This document shows, piece after piece, positions 1 through 11,254 of a DNA stretch of 64,000 nt. The stretch lies in contig CM082583.2 of the NCBI GenBank assembly GCA_040954595.2, positions 4,331,374 to 4,395,373 on the forward strand, given 5' to 3'. A program made the translations under genes and the position numbers. The notes under the pieces are model-generated. The model was not told the origin of the DNA, searched no databases, and saw only the letters and a list, made by a program, of their open reading frames with translations. The stretch comes from Balanoglossus misakiensis. Taxonomy: Eukaryota; Animalia; Hemichordata. Every line of letters starts with the position of its first letter. The stretch's first letter is position 1.

Positions 1-2400
1 CTCCACTTGATTAGTTTCAGGTGGAGAGTCGCATTTCTGTAAGACCTCCGTCGGAACTATTGATTCAGCAATTGCCTTTTCTGGTGGACTTGGAATGTCG
101 ACATCTTCAAAACTGTTCTTTCTCTTTTGCTGTCTTGTGCTCAGACTAAGTTGAGGCGCCTTTTGATTGGCAGTGCCCAGGAATTCCTTCTTTACATGCA
201 TACCGCTCTCTGCAGTTGTTCCTGTGTAAGGTTCACTTCGATCTTCAAGGTCCGGGAACTCCTTTTTGACACGCACATCACTTGTCGTTGCTTCTTTGCA
301 TGGTTCGTCCAAACAGTGCCTCTCTGAATCATCAACAGGCTCTTGTTTGACCGAACATCTCGCCGTACTGTTGCCTTCCACATTGGTCTCTTCTGCGAGG
401 TCAGTACTTGTACACGTGGAAGTGGGACTGCCGCCGTGGCTGTACTCCTCCGTTGGCTCCAGTTTGATCCTGACCGTCCCCGGGGCATAGTCATGTGCAC
501 TTGTTCCCTCTTCTGTCATATTGGGAGATTGGGACTCAGGAGCACCGGAGCGACACTCGGGATACCTGCTTGTCAAATCATTCTCGGAGTACATTTCACA
601 GTGACCGCTGCCCAAGGCCTCAAGTGACTTTATAGGTTCTATCTCGCCGTTTACCTGATCCACGCATTCTGAAGGCTCTGAACAAGTGGGGTAGTCCAAG
701 TCTTGTATTTCTGCCTGTGACAATATCTGTTTGGTACTGTTTATTTCTCCGACGCTTTTTCTTGGTCCTGTGTTCCCGTCACTAGTACTAGTGGTCATTG
801 CAGAAGGGGTTGACAACACACTGTCATCACACAGAGGTTCTTGTTTAATGTTGATACCTTTGAGACCAAGAGCATAATCATCATTTGCAAGGCCCTTGGC
901 TCCTTCTGGAGAAGGATCTCTTTCTGACTCAACTGAGTCCTCAACGGATTTGCGTATTACTGGCTTCCCGTGGCAGATGATAGCACCTCCACGCCCGGCA
1001 ATTAGTGGTACGGAGTCACAACAGTTCTGGGATGCGTTATCTGGTACTTCCTCTTTTACACTTATCTTGAGTATCCCGTCGTTGTCATCACATTTTCCGT
1101 GGTCAACCTCTTTGATACTGGGCTGAAATGTATCTTCATCGCCAACTGAAGTTTCTGCTTTGGTTCCATTTTTGTTTTCTGATGTGAGTTCCGCTGAAGG
1201 AGCATCAACAAAGTGCTCATTATTTGGTGGTGAACCACGATCCCGCTCTCGGGGAGAATCTTCGTTCCTGTCAGGAACATCGCCCGCCAGACTTCTAACA
1301 TCTACTATCTTCACTTGCGACAATCCATCACTTCGATTCCACGGTTTCGACGTCTGTGGCGTGGTGTGCTGAAGAAGTCTCACCAACTCCCGTCTGATAT
1401 CCGGAGGCATAAAGGTCAGGTGTTGATACAGTTTGAACAAACTGTAGTCACTCGAGTTTTCCTGATCAACTGTCCTTGCAGAGTCCACGTTTTGCATATC
1501 TTGCGATTGACACCACGTATCCGACTGCATACTTTGTGGTGTGAAATCTGGTCCTTCAATGTAGGACCTAGGTTGGTATGATGGAAGAAACGGTTCAGGT
1601 ACATTTGTAGGCGAACATGCTGGATTAGTTAAGTTATCTGGGTAATGTGGTATATTATTTTGTCGAATAAACGGCGAATGTGGCTTGTTTGACCTCCCTT
1701 CAGAAAACTGCGGATATTGATCTAGATGTGGGTCTAAATATGAACGCAAACTCCCTCGATAACTTCTGCCATCTTGTAACGAGAAATCACAAGGCATTCT
1801 CTCTTCCCTGAAGTGTGGACCGACTTGTCCCTGGACGGGGTTGTGGCTTTGCATAAAGGGTGGCCGTTGAGACCTAGAATCTGTATAATACAGACTACTG
1901 ACACTGCCAGGTGCTTTTTCCACTGGCTGGGGGAGCTCATACGCCGTGCCCCTCTGAGCGTCCCTGTCAACAGCATTGCGGAGCTCGGTAGAGAATGCAC
2001 ATCCTCCTAGGCGTTCAGTAGGAACGCTTGGTGCTGGTTTATTTGCACAGAGAAAGTCGTCTCCATCTTTCAGCTGCAGGTCGAAACCGGGAAAAGTTGT
2101 GTAATTGTCACTGGAAGAAGACCGGGTGCGTCTTGCGTGTTCACTAGGCACCTTGAGATTAACCATTCCGGCATCTTCATTGGTATATATTGTCCGCAAT
2201 GGCTCCTGAACTGCTGCAAACATGATCTCAGGGTCTTCACGGCGTCTTAGACTCTCGGGCACGTCTATTGGTCTCCTTGCAGAGTTCCACTTGTGGGCCT
2301 TAAACTTGTGCTTCCATAGCTCATGTCCATGGTAGGAAGAGTCCAAAGCTTGGAAAGGTTGATGACTGTAAACAGGAATATTGTCACGATTTGCAGCCAT
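1..2400 (-). CDS. Large first coding exon (800 codons, open to the window edge) of an uncharacterised, probably nuclear, largely disordered protein; 3' partial
   Basis: ATG at 2400 (GCCATGG Kozak context) lies just after a TTTCAG acceptor near 2410. Manual translation MAANRDNIPVYSHQPFQALD... shows no stop down to base 1. The sequence is S/E/D/P-rich and contains six psi-K-x-E motifs (VKEE, IKQE, IKLE, VKQE, VKKE x2). It is absent from the ORF track because the stop lies outside the window. Confidence 0.85.
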   Translation of the reverse strand, partial: MAANRDNIPVYSHQPFQALDSSYHGHELWKHKFKAHKWNSARRPIDVPESLRRREDPEIMFAAVQEPLRTIYTNEDAGMVNLKVPSEHARRTRSSSSDNYTTFPGFDLQLKDGDDFLCANKPAPSVPTERLGGCAFSTELRNAVDRDAQRGTAYELPQPVEKAPGSVSSLYYTDSRSQRPPFMQSHNPVQGQVGPHFREERMPCDFSLQDGRSYRGSLRSYLDPHLDQYPQFSEGRSNKPHSPFIRQNNIPHYPDNLTNPACSPTNVPEPFLPSYQPRSYIEGPDFTPQSMQSDTWCQSQDMQNVDSARTVDQENSSDYSLFKLYQHLTFMPPDIRRELVRLLQHTTPQTSKPWNRSDGLSQVKIVDVRSLAGDVPDRNEDSPRERDRGSPPNNEHFVDAPSAELTSENKNGTKAETSVGDEDTFQPSIKEVDHGKCDDNDGILKISVKEEVPDNASQNCCDSVPLIAGRGGAIICHGKPVIRKSVEDSVESERDPSPEGAKGLANDDYALGLKGINIKQEPLCDDSVLSTPSAMTTSTSDGNTGPRKSVGEINSTKQILSQAEIQDLDYPTCSEPSECVDQVNGEIEPIKSLEALGSGHCEMYSENDLTSRYPECRSGAPESQSPNMTEEGTSAHDYAPGTVRIKLEPTEEYSHGGSPTSTCTSTDLAEETNVEGNSTARCSVKQEPVDDSERHCLDEPCKEATTSDVRVKKEFPDLEDRSEPYTGTTAESGMHVKKEFLGTANQKAPQLSLSTRQQKRKNSFEDVDIPSPPEKAIAESIVPTEVLQKCDSPPETNQVE

Positions 2401-2617
2401 GGCAGTATTCTGAAACAGCAAAAAGAGAAAGAGCACTAAGAGATTTTTACAGTTACAAATATGTACTTTTATATACTTTTTAACACATTCTAACTAAGAT
2501 CAAGTACCTGAATGGCTTGGAAGGAAAATCTTCAACGACTGATTGTATATAAGAAGTGCGAACCATCTATATACACACGCCACTTTTATAGTCACGGTTT
2601 CAAGTGCCACGTTTATT

Positions 2618-2653
2618 CATAGGCCCTTGAGAAATATTTCCCTAGGGTCTATG
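2618..2653. repeat. Short hairpin element CATAG-CCCT...CTAGGGTCTATG, copy 1
   Basis: Imperfect palindrome cataggcccttgagaaatatttccctagggtctatg; homologous to the copy at 3867-3904. Confidence 0.5.
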
Positions 2654-3866
2654 ATTTATTATGTAGGAGCCAAAAGTAAAACATTAACATAAACCAATTG
2701 ACTTCTTGAGCCGATTTTTATTGTACATGTACCCGCGGAATGTACGTCGTTTCATCTATCACTGATTCCTATATTGTTCATATAACAACCGATTACACGT
2801 GTCCATGAGCTCTGGGGCAGCATGGACCATTCTAAAGCCCGCATCAATTATAACTTACGTTGTTTCAGCGGTCGTTCGTCATTTCACTGCATTGTTCAAA
2901 TTCTCTAATTTACTCTTTTTATCATGGAAAAGGCAAAAAATACCTTTTGGTGAAAATGGTGACCGTACACGAAACCTTTGTTTACACTTTATTACTATTC
3001 TATTGAAGGTATCATCAAACATCAACGCGCTCCTAATGTAATATTCACAGCGAGATACTGACACAATGGCAATATTCATTAGGCATTTGATATACTATTC
3101 CACGTACTCTGCCTAAAAGTAGGGTTGGTTCGCAGACTCCCGTATTTAAGACTTGAATGATGGTGATGCACAATATATCTTTGGTTTGGAAATCACAAGA
3201 GCGCTGCAAAAGCCTGATATCACCTCTGTTACCGCACTTTCTCATTTTCATCCGTAAAGAAAAAGAAAAACATCCAAAGGACAAATCACAGTCCCTCTAT
3301 AACAGCATTGAGGTACTTCCATGATAACAGGGACTGTGGACAAACTGAGAAAATGCCACCTGGTAAACCAGCGGATAACAAGGTGTAAACCTATTTTCAT
3401 TATTGACTTGTTGACACCTGTTGACACCATGAAAAATCCCGAAAATTTTGAGCGGAAAAGTAATTTCTCATCATTTTGAATAAAAACCGCAGAAGCAACC
3501 TTAAATTTGCACGTAGCTGGGTGTTTTTCGAGTACTATGGGAATACATTACTTGCCTGAGTTACGACAGGTCCCGCCTCTTGGTTATTTATTGCCACCCG
3601 CACACCTTGCGGGATTTTATGACTTCAGATTAATGGGCATAAAGCTTATATTAAAGATTACGATCGCTTCCAAACATACCCTATCTTATTATTGCAAAGA
3701 GTTAGGCGAATTTTTGTTTATCTTTCCCGCGGTTCTTTGCTGTTCTCTTCTATGTAACCATGGTAACTGCGGACACGATTATACTCTTTTCTAACCGTGC
3801 TGCGGAGAACATTGGTCAGATCAGAAACGGGAGTTTTTAATTGCATGGAAGGACCATGCCTGTGGT

Positions 3867-3904
3867 CATAAACCCTAGAGAAAGAACTGTCTCTAGGGTC
3901 TATG
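3867..3904. repeat. Short hairpin element CATAAACCCTAGAGA...TCTCTAGGGTCTATG, copy 2
   Basis: 15-bp stem with one mismatch; shares its termini with the 2618-2653 copy. Confidence 0.55.
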
Positions 3905-4493
3905 CTGTGGTCCAATGAACAGAATTCTTCGAAAACGCCAACTCGTTCCAACGAGAATGTCGGAAAAGTCGACCGAATTAACCAACGCTGCCGTGCGGCG
4001 CCGGAACCGACGACTTCAAAAACTTTCGACCGCAGCTTTTTACACACAAACGTTTGCAGAATGAGTTGATTGACACACAACTCCGACATTTAGCACCTCG
4101 TCGCACGCACTTGAATTATTTAAAAAAAAACACAATGAAAAAGCTTACTATTCTAGTACGAAGACATGGATAACTGGACGCTCTTGTGGTGAATATTTGA
4201 CAGTCGGCGGTTTGGCAGGGGTTTTTGACAATATGTATCATGGCACCATTTACCGTGTTCATTCATTGACGTGGGCGATCGAGTAGCCTAAGCCTGATTA
4301 CGAGTCACACTAATATTCACCCAGATCAATCGACTCGCAGACGCTGCTGGATGCCCATTGAACACGGAGTCTTCAGAGATTGGCCCGATTGAGAACGCAC
4401 GAAATCTGGTGACACCTGACATTAATTTGCTTATAGTACGAGTAAGGGCCTATAATCACCTGACATTATGCCTAATTTGACCAGGGCCTATTG

Positions 4494-4946
4494 AACACCT
4501 ATTGCCTGGCCATGAGGGCCATAGCGGTCGTTTATTACACCCGAGGGGCTGTGAGTTACCAGAATCATATGCTATTTCCCGAGGCCGCAGGCCGAGGGAA
4601 ATAGCATATGATTCTGGTAACTCACAGTCACGAGGGGGTAAAAACGGCTGCTATGGCCCGAATATAGGCCAGGCTATAGGTGTTTTATAATAAACCTCAT
4701 GCTAACAGTTGGGAAAATCTTGCAAATTTCTCTTGAGGTTGGCAGACGACATCTTCAGCGGTGGCCATTGTGTCAGATGACGCCACGCTGATTGACGTGA
4801 CCGAGTCTGCGCACTCACGCTGGTCACATGACCGGTTCATATTTTTTCTGCTATTTCCCTGTAGGGTTCATAGTCGATTCTATTTTCCTATCACGTGACG
4901 GATTCTGGCGAATCACAACACAGTATTAGCATGAGGTATATTATAA
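4494..4946 (+). mobile_element. Non-autonomous hairpin element A: 191-nt palindrome plus a body bounded by a second inverted repeat
   Basis: Palindrome 4494-4684 with apex CGAG-GCC-GCA-GGC-CGAG. Second IR is TTATAATAAACCTCATGCTAA (4685-4705) / TTAGCATGAGGTATATTATAA (4926-4946). No coding capacity. Confidence 0.75.
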
Positions 4947-4951
4947 TTAAA

Positions 4952-5609
4952 TAATAACACATGATAGCGAGGGCAATATCACGATTTGAAGCCTGCACGA
5001 GGGATGGTGATCTCTGACCATAATATTGATGATGCCCGAGCCGCAGGCGAGGGTATCATCAATATTGTGGTCAGAGATCACCAGCCCGAGGGCAGGCTTC
5101 AAATCGTGATGTTGCCCGAGCATAATGTGTTATTAATTTTATTACGCCGAACATTTGAACGTACATACACTGCAGCATAGAAGAACATAGACGCGCGTCC
5201 ATATGTCGTACATTGCTGAGAATGTAAAATGTCTCGATCTCCCAAGAATTATACGATACCTACTTCGAACTTAGATTATTTTGAAAATACTGCGCTGTTG
5301 GTTGCGATTTTGGTGTATTTACTGCCCGTTTGCAGTAAAATATCATCCAGTTGAACAGGTGTTAAGCCTGTGTGTCGCTTTGAAGCCATATAGATGCGGG
5401 AGTTGACTGATCGTGAAGGAAGCCATTGAACGACAGTTTGGAACGCGCAGAAGTCGCGCGCAGAACACCAAAACAACCCAGCGGGCAATATCAGCGCACG
5501 CGACAGGGCTTTATCAACTCTAGCCATGTTATATCACTTTTTTTTCTATATCACGTGAGCGCGTCTCAGCCAATCACGAAAACGGTATAATACGTGAGGT
5601 GTAATAAAA
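4952..5609 (+). mobile_element. Non-autonomous hairpin element B: 184-nt palindrome plus IR-bounded body, same architecture as element A
   Basis: Palindrome 4952-5135 with apex CGAG-CC-GCA-GG-CGAG. Second IR is TTTTATTACGCC (5137-5148) / GGTGTAATAAAA (5598-5609). The subterminal TATCACGTGA...AATCAC motif is shared with element A. Confidence 0.75.
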
Positions 5610-6403
5610 AATGTTATCACCTGACATTAATTTGATTAGGGCCTGATGGCCCTAAAAGTAAAACTTATTTCCTAACAAGGCCGAACTAATGACAGTTTCT
5701 CACATACAAGTAGTACTTCAAGCTTGGCAAGTCATAATCCTGTCAAATCGCCCAATAATCATTAGCATATGAAAGTACTTCAAGACGGCATGATCAACAG
5801 TACAGTAGGCCTAGGTCCATAACAATACTGACGATCACTACCGCAGTGAAGTTAATGCAGAAACAATGTAGGCCTACTCCATAATTCTGATTTAATTGAG
5901 ATTGACAGTTCTAGACCTGTAATACACGTTTTGTCCCCGCTACGTCCAAAGTCCGGGGTCCAAAGCGGCGGTCCTGATGGTTCCCTAGCTCCCCGGCCCA
6001 GCTCAGCCGGGCCAAAAAGCCTACATAGCCTACAGTACTACAATGTCTGGTACAATAAAACTGTGATCTTACATGCATTGTAACAGCGTCAATCCTGTGC
6101 CCGAGCTTGAAAACAACTCTGGTTCAACGACGATACTTCGCGTGCCTCTGAAGATCATACGTGGTGCCAGGTGTGGTGGTTCATCTGCTCTGATTTAGAT
6201 TTGTAAAGACCGCGATCATCAAATTGTATCACGTGACACCATTGCGTCACAAATATGGCAGCTTCCATGAGAGCAACAACGTGAACCGTAAACATAGCGT
6301 ACGGACGATCAGGTGCGAGTTTAGATCGACCTTTTAAACTGCCAACACCACAGTTTGAAGACGCTGTGATAAAGGCTCAAAGTATTTCATTGTTTTTTCC
6401 AGT

Positions 6404-9366
6404 ATGCAGTCCGAGTCGGTTGACAAAGCCTCTTCCGGGTTGAATGATGATGGCATCCCGGGGAATGACATCGACGATTCCGCTGCTTCAACAAGTCTAA
6501 GCGATGCACAGAGGGCAAAGATTGAAAGAAACAGACAAAGGGCATTGCTTTTAAGACAAGCTAGGTTGATGAGTAGGCCATATCCAACAAACAAGCCAAA
6601 TGACAGGTAAGTTCCGATGTGATTATTGCCATGAATACTGTTGTATAGGCACTAAGGGAAGAACCGTTTGATTTCTGGGGGGGGGGGTAGCTCTGCGGAC
6701 AGGTCTGTGTGCTCCCGGCGTTACACGGCCTCCACCACAGCCGGGAGCACACAGACCTGTACGCAGAGCTAGGGGTATATGGAGGATTTTTGGAGTAATA
6801 AAAATTGTTGGTGAAATACTAGTACCCAAATCCCCACCCCGAATTCAAATGGTTCTCTCATTAATTGATTTGTCATAGTGCCTATGATTGACGCAGACCT
6901 AAAATATTACCAACAGGAATTATATGGATAGCGCAGTAGAGGAGAAATTACAAAGCACTCTATTAGTTCTCCAGCATGGTTTCGTTGTAATTTATATGTA
7001 ACCATGGACGTCCATGATGTACCTTGCAAGTCTTGCCAGGAAGTACTTCCAATGCCAGTCAAATATTTCAATGGTGGCACGCTGTCTGATTTGTAAATCA
7101 TAAGACAATCACATACAGCATCACCAATTTTTGTAACATCACCAATTACATAACATGACCAAGACTGAATATGGCTGTACATGTAAGTGTATAACGCTGG
7201 GAACACACAGACCTGTACGCATTGCAAGGCTGTAATTTTGGAACATGAAATAGATATCTGTCATCCATCTATTTTTGGTTACAGTACTGACAAGGCTGAA
7301 ACAAGGGGAATCAAAGTGTCATCACGACTCATTGACACAGGGGCAGGTTTTCTACTTGAAGAAGATACAGAAGATGGAAAGACGAAAGAAAGTCTGAAAA
7401 TTGTGGAACAGCCAGGTATATTATTGCTGCCGCATTATTTCTGTGATTTTACTTTCAAACATAATAGATATAAAACATGTTACTTCTGTACTGTTGAAAA
7501 TGATGGGCTATGTGTTGTTTGTTCTGTTCTCCATGAAGGTATCCTCTAAATATAACTGTCTGGTCACAAAATTTACTGATTCCCTGTTCCTCACTGTGTT
7601 TTTTTTCTGTCACAGCACCGATTCTTGATGAGAAACCTCGATGTGAAGAATGTGGAAACCTCTTCTCGGACTCGTTTCTGTTGAACCATTATGACCTTGA
7701 TGTCTGTGACGGCTGCAGGTAGGTGCGAGGTGACAACTCCTGGACTTTAACTGGCAAAATAACAATTGCCGATGCTGTTTTGGCGAGTGATATATGGTAA
7801 GGGTCAAAGTTCAAATGAGTAATAAGTAATGTACAACAGAGACTCCTACAACAAGTATGCAACCCAACTCAACTCAATCATGAACAACATGCCGGTTACT
7901 GGAAATGTTGACACTTTGTGTATAATGACAAGAGAAAGGAATTCAACCTTCTCGATGCCAACTTCCACAGTCTTATTTAACATAAAACAGCTTTGGTTTT
8001 GAAACTTGAAGGATAGGATTAGACAAAAGAGTATCATTTCTTGCTAAAAGATCAACAGATCTTTATTTGTTTTGAACCTTTTCTGCACTTGTACCCTGTT
8101 CAAAAACAGATAATAGATGCACGAGATTTTCTGCAAATGACTTACCTTGCTTTTCCGGCATTTTCTTTCAGGGACAATGAAGAAAAACACGCTTTAATTA
8201 CCAAGACAGATGCCAAGAAACACTATTTACTGAAAGATTGTGATTTTGATAAAAGAGAGCCACCATTGAAGTTTATTGTTCGGAAAAATCCGCACAATTC
8301 CAGATGGGGAGACATGAGACTTTTTCTGAAATCACAGGTATTTCAAGTCAATCGCACAGTCTAGTCTTTCTGTTTGACCTTTAAACTGATTACCAACACA
8401 TTTCAGATATACACCAAAAAGAACAAAATATTTAGTGGATTTTTCATCATTTTATTGAAATTTTCAGGTAGAGGCAAGAGCACTGGAAGTGTGGGGAAGT
8501 GAAGACAAAATTGAGGAACAGAAAGAAAAAAGGACAAACAATAAAGAAAAATTGAAACAAAAGAAATTTGACAAAAAAGTGAAAGGTGAGTAGTGATATT
8601 AGATTCTGGTGGATCGTACAAACATGTTGATAAATGTACAGTGCAAAGATCTTTTAATGTGTATTGTACATTAGTTTGATCTTTCAAGATATTTCTGATG
8701 CTGTTGAAAAAAATCATCCATACTTATTGTATGCGATTGAATTGCATTCAACTGGAGAATCAAAAACTTCCAGTACTAGTGAAAGTGTATTCTGCGAAGA
8801 CATCATTGTAGAACATGCTTCCCCTATCGTCTTTTTTGATCTGTTAGTAAATTTATCAGCTAGTCTTCAAAAGAAATTTGCGTATACTTTCTATCCTTTA
8901 ATGAATTACAGGACGCTTTCATTTGGTGCTTCCAGAATCCTGTTATGGGCTTTTCAGAATGCGCTAGGACATTCCGAATGAGAATATAGTCTGTTATCTG
9001 AGACATTATTGATATTTCCCCAAAATTTTCAGTTGAATCTGATCAAAGATGACTTGGCACTTGACAGAGTGATACGGCGTCAGCAGTGATTACTGGGGTC
9101 AAAGGTCAGGTAGTTATTGAAAAGTTAAAATATTACTTCTTGGGAGATAGGCAGATAGGTTTCCACTGGACATAACAGACAAACCTGTAGCTAATAATTT
9201 TTTTTGTGTTGTAGAATTGCGACGTGAAGTCAGAAGTAGTCTGTGGACAAAGGACATTTCATCGCACGAACATAGCTATGGTGAGGAAACTTACGATGAA
9301 GACAGTGATATGTACAGCAAAGCATGTACTTCTTGTGGACATCAGGTTACTTATGAGAAAATGTAG
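6404..9366 (+). CDS. XPA: DNA repair protein XPA (nucleotide excision repair), 6 coding exons
   Basis: Exons 6404-6606, 7285-7415, 7616-7718, 8172-8337, 8468-8585, 9215-9366, all GT-AG and in phase. Motifs: [31 protein letters not shown]4 zinc finger [41 protein letters not shown]-terminal [13 protein letters not shown]. Confidence 0.97.
6654..6863. mobile_element. Degenerate MITE (possibly PIF/Harbinger-like, TAA/TTA flanks) in XPA intron 1, hosting a nested hairpin element
   Basis: taa-gggaagaaccgtttgattt ... aattcaaatggttctctca-tta imperfect terminal inverted repeats. Confidence 0.4.
6688..6771. mobile_element. 84-bp hairpin element of the TAGCTCTG...CAGAGCTA family
   Basis: Near-perfect ~32-bp stem tagctctgcggacaggtctgtgtgctcccggc / gccgggagcacacagacctgtacgcagagcta. 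Relatives at ~7198-7221 (partial), 41919-41946 (half) and 53649-53718. Confidence 0.75.
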
Positions 9367-10244
9367 TCTTTCAATACAGTGTATATATAAACATTGCCTT
9401 CAGATTTGAATTACCGCATCTCAGTACATAATTACCGTGTACAGTATTTACATTGGGAACTCAACGTTTGAAAGCGAACACATTTGGTCTAATCTGGACT
9501 GAAAATTCAGACAGGGTGATTTCTGCACAGTTCTTACAGATGAAGATGATGAGAAAATTTATGAATATTTAATATGTCAGATATTTAAAAGGAATTATTT
9601 GATCATTCCACACAGAAGTGAAATGGCTATTTCTCTAAAACTCGTATGACCTAGCATTGTGATAAATAAACAGCTTCATGGAAACTTAATAGTCTGCCAA
9701 ATACGTTTCGTGTTTCTAAAAAGGTGCATCTGTGAATACTGCACCAAAGGGCGTCTGAAGATATGGCACCCTCTATGTCAGCCCACATTTCACAAGCAAG
9801 GCTTGTACCACACCATTAGCTACTGTACACCAAACATCTGTCGGTTTTAGAGATTTATGCGATTTTTTTTTTTGAACAGCATTCTGTGATGTGTGCAAGT
9901 CTCAGAAAAGTTAGATGAAGCGTGTCAGGTACTTGCTTACATGTAAAATAAATAAAGTCTGTCAACAGTGATCACATGCAGCAGCTATTTTGCACATGGT
10001 TCTATATGATCACACATTTGAAATCAGAATAACTTCTATATCAGGCTCATCTCTAACGCTTTTATGTACACAAGACATGTACTCATAGTCTGATTAACAA
10101 AACTCTGGTCGAGACCATAATGTTTCAATATTCACTTTATTATAATGTTTATAACATGATTGCACATTGATATATTTATATACTGAAATAATGTAACAAC
10201 AATGTACACCAATACATTTCTAAAATCACAGGTGAAGTATTTAA

Positions 10245-10853
10245 AGGGGAAATCCGCTGTAGCTGATTTCTACATAATTTGGTAGCTTTGATGTCTCTCT
10301 TTCAGAAAAAAACATATTCGCCATGTATAGGTCGCGCGATTTTTTACAAAATCTAGGGAAAGTTGGCAGAATTTCCAATATGGCGTTTACTGTAATTTGA
10401 ATCATGGGAAAAAAAGCGCCAGGAGCAACTTCCGCCCACCATGGTGTGGGTGATACCATTCTCCGATTGGTGTCACTGGGCGACAGACTAGGCGTATTTT
10501 CATAGCTATTGTTTGTTCTTTGCATCAGTTGATAAACAATCATCAGCAAAGTCGAAAATTTGTCATCTATTGACAGTTTTCATGAGCTATAACCCATGAA
10601 AAATATGCATATACGCTTAGCTTGTGACACAGTGACACCAATCGGAAAATGGTATCACCCACACCAAGGTGGGCGGAAGTTGGTCCTGGCGCTTTTTTTC
10701 CCATGATTCAAATTACAGTAAACGCCATATTGGAACTTTCCCTAGATTTTGTAAAAAATCGCGCGACCTATACATGGCGAATATGTTTTTTTCTGAAAGA
10801 GAGACATCAAAGCTACCAAATTATGTAGAAATCAGCTACAGCGGATTTCCCCT
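10245..10853. mobile_element. Young foldback MITE, Kolobok-like (AGG...CCT ends, TTAA target-site duplication)
   Basis: TTAA at 10241-10244 and 10854-10857. The ~235-bp terminal inverted repeats start AGGGGAAATCCGCTGTAGCTG and are near-identical apart from one small indel and a few substitutions. It lies between the convergent 3' ends of XPA and BORCS8. Confidence 0.9.
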
Positions 10854-11254
10854 TTAAACCTCACTCTGAAACATCCCCTGGCATAACAGGGCTGCAGATC
10901 CTCGGACTGAGAATTGCCATCATGCAGCTGTAGTCCTGCTACACTCTCAAAAATTCGGTAGAACACAGGAGTACACATATTGAATTCCCCGACCGATCAT
11001 TGCATTGGTTTGATGATAACAAGTGCCATCAATGATGACGGAAGGGTTTTCAACATTTTGTTTGTCACGCACACACTTTCAATTATCCACAGCTCTTCTT
11101 CACTATCAGTGTAGAGGTTGGCACATTGCATGTGCACTGTACTCATTGTCACTTGAACATTAATATTGCACAATGAAACATATGGCAAACACAATTTCAG
11201 CACCATAACTCCAAAGAGAACACTACATTGTCTCTGATGTATCTTCCAACATTA

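Noticed and set aside
3718-4089. 123-aa minus-strand ORF upstream of the 800-codon gene
   Set aside because: No recognisable domain or supported splice connection; more likely CpG-rich 5' or regulatory sequence.
4413-5640. Repeat-spacer-like pattern of CACCTGACATTA (CRISPR-like)
   Set aside because: Three irregularly spaced copies in a eukaryotic genome with no cas genes; a local repeat interrupted by mobile elements.
10241-10857. Two ORFs on opposite strands sharing an identical C-terminus (10241-10549, 10669-10857)
   Set aside because: Artefact of the MITE's terminal inverted repeats.
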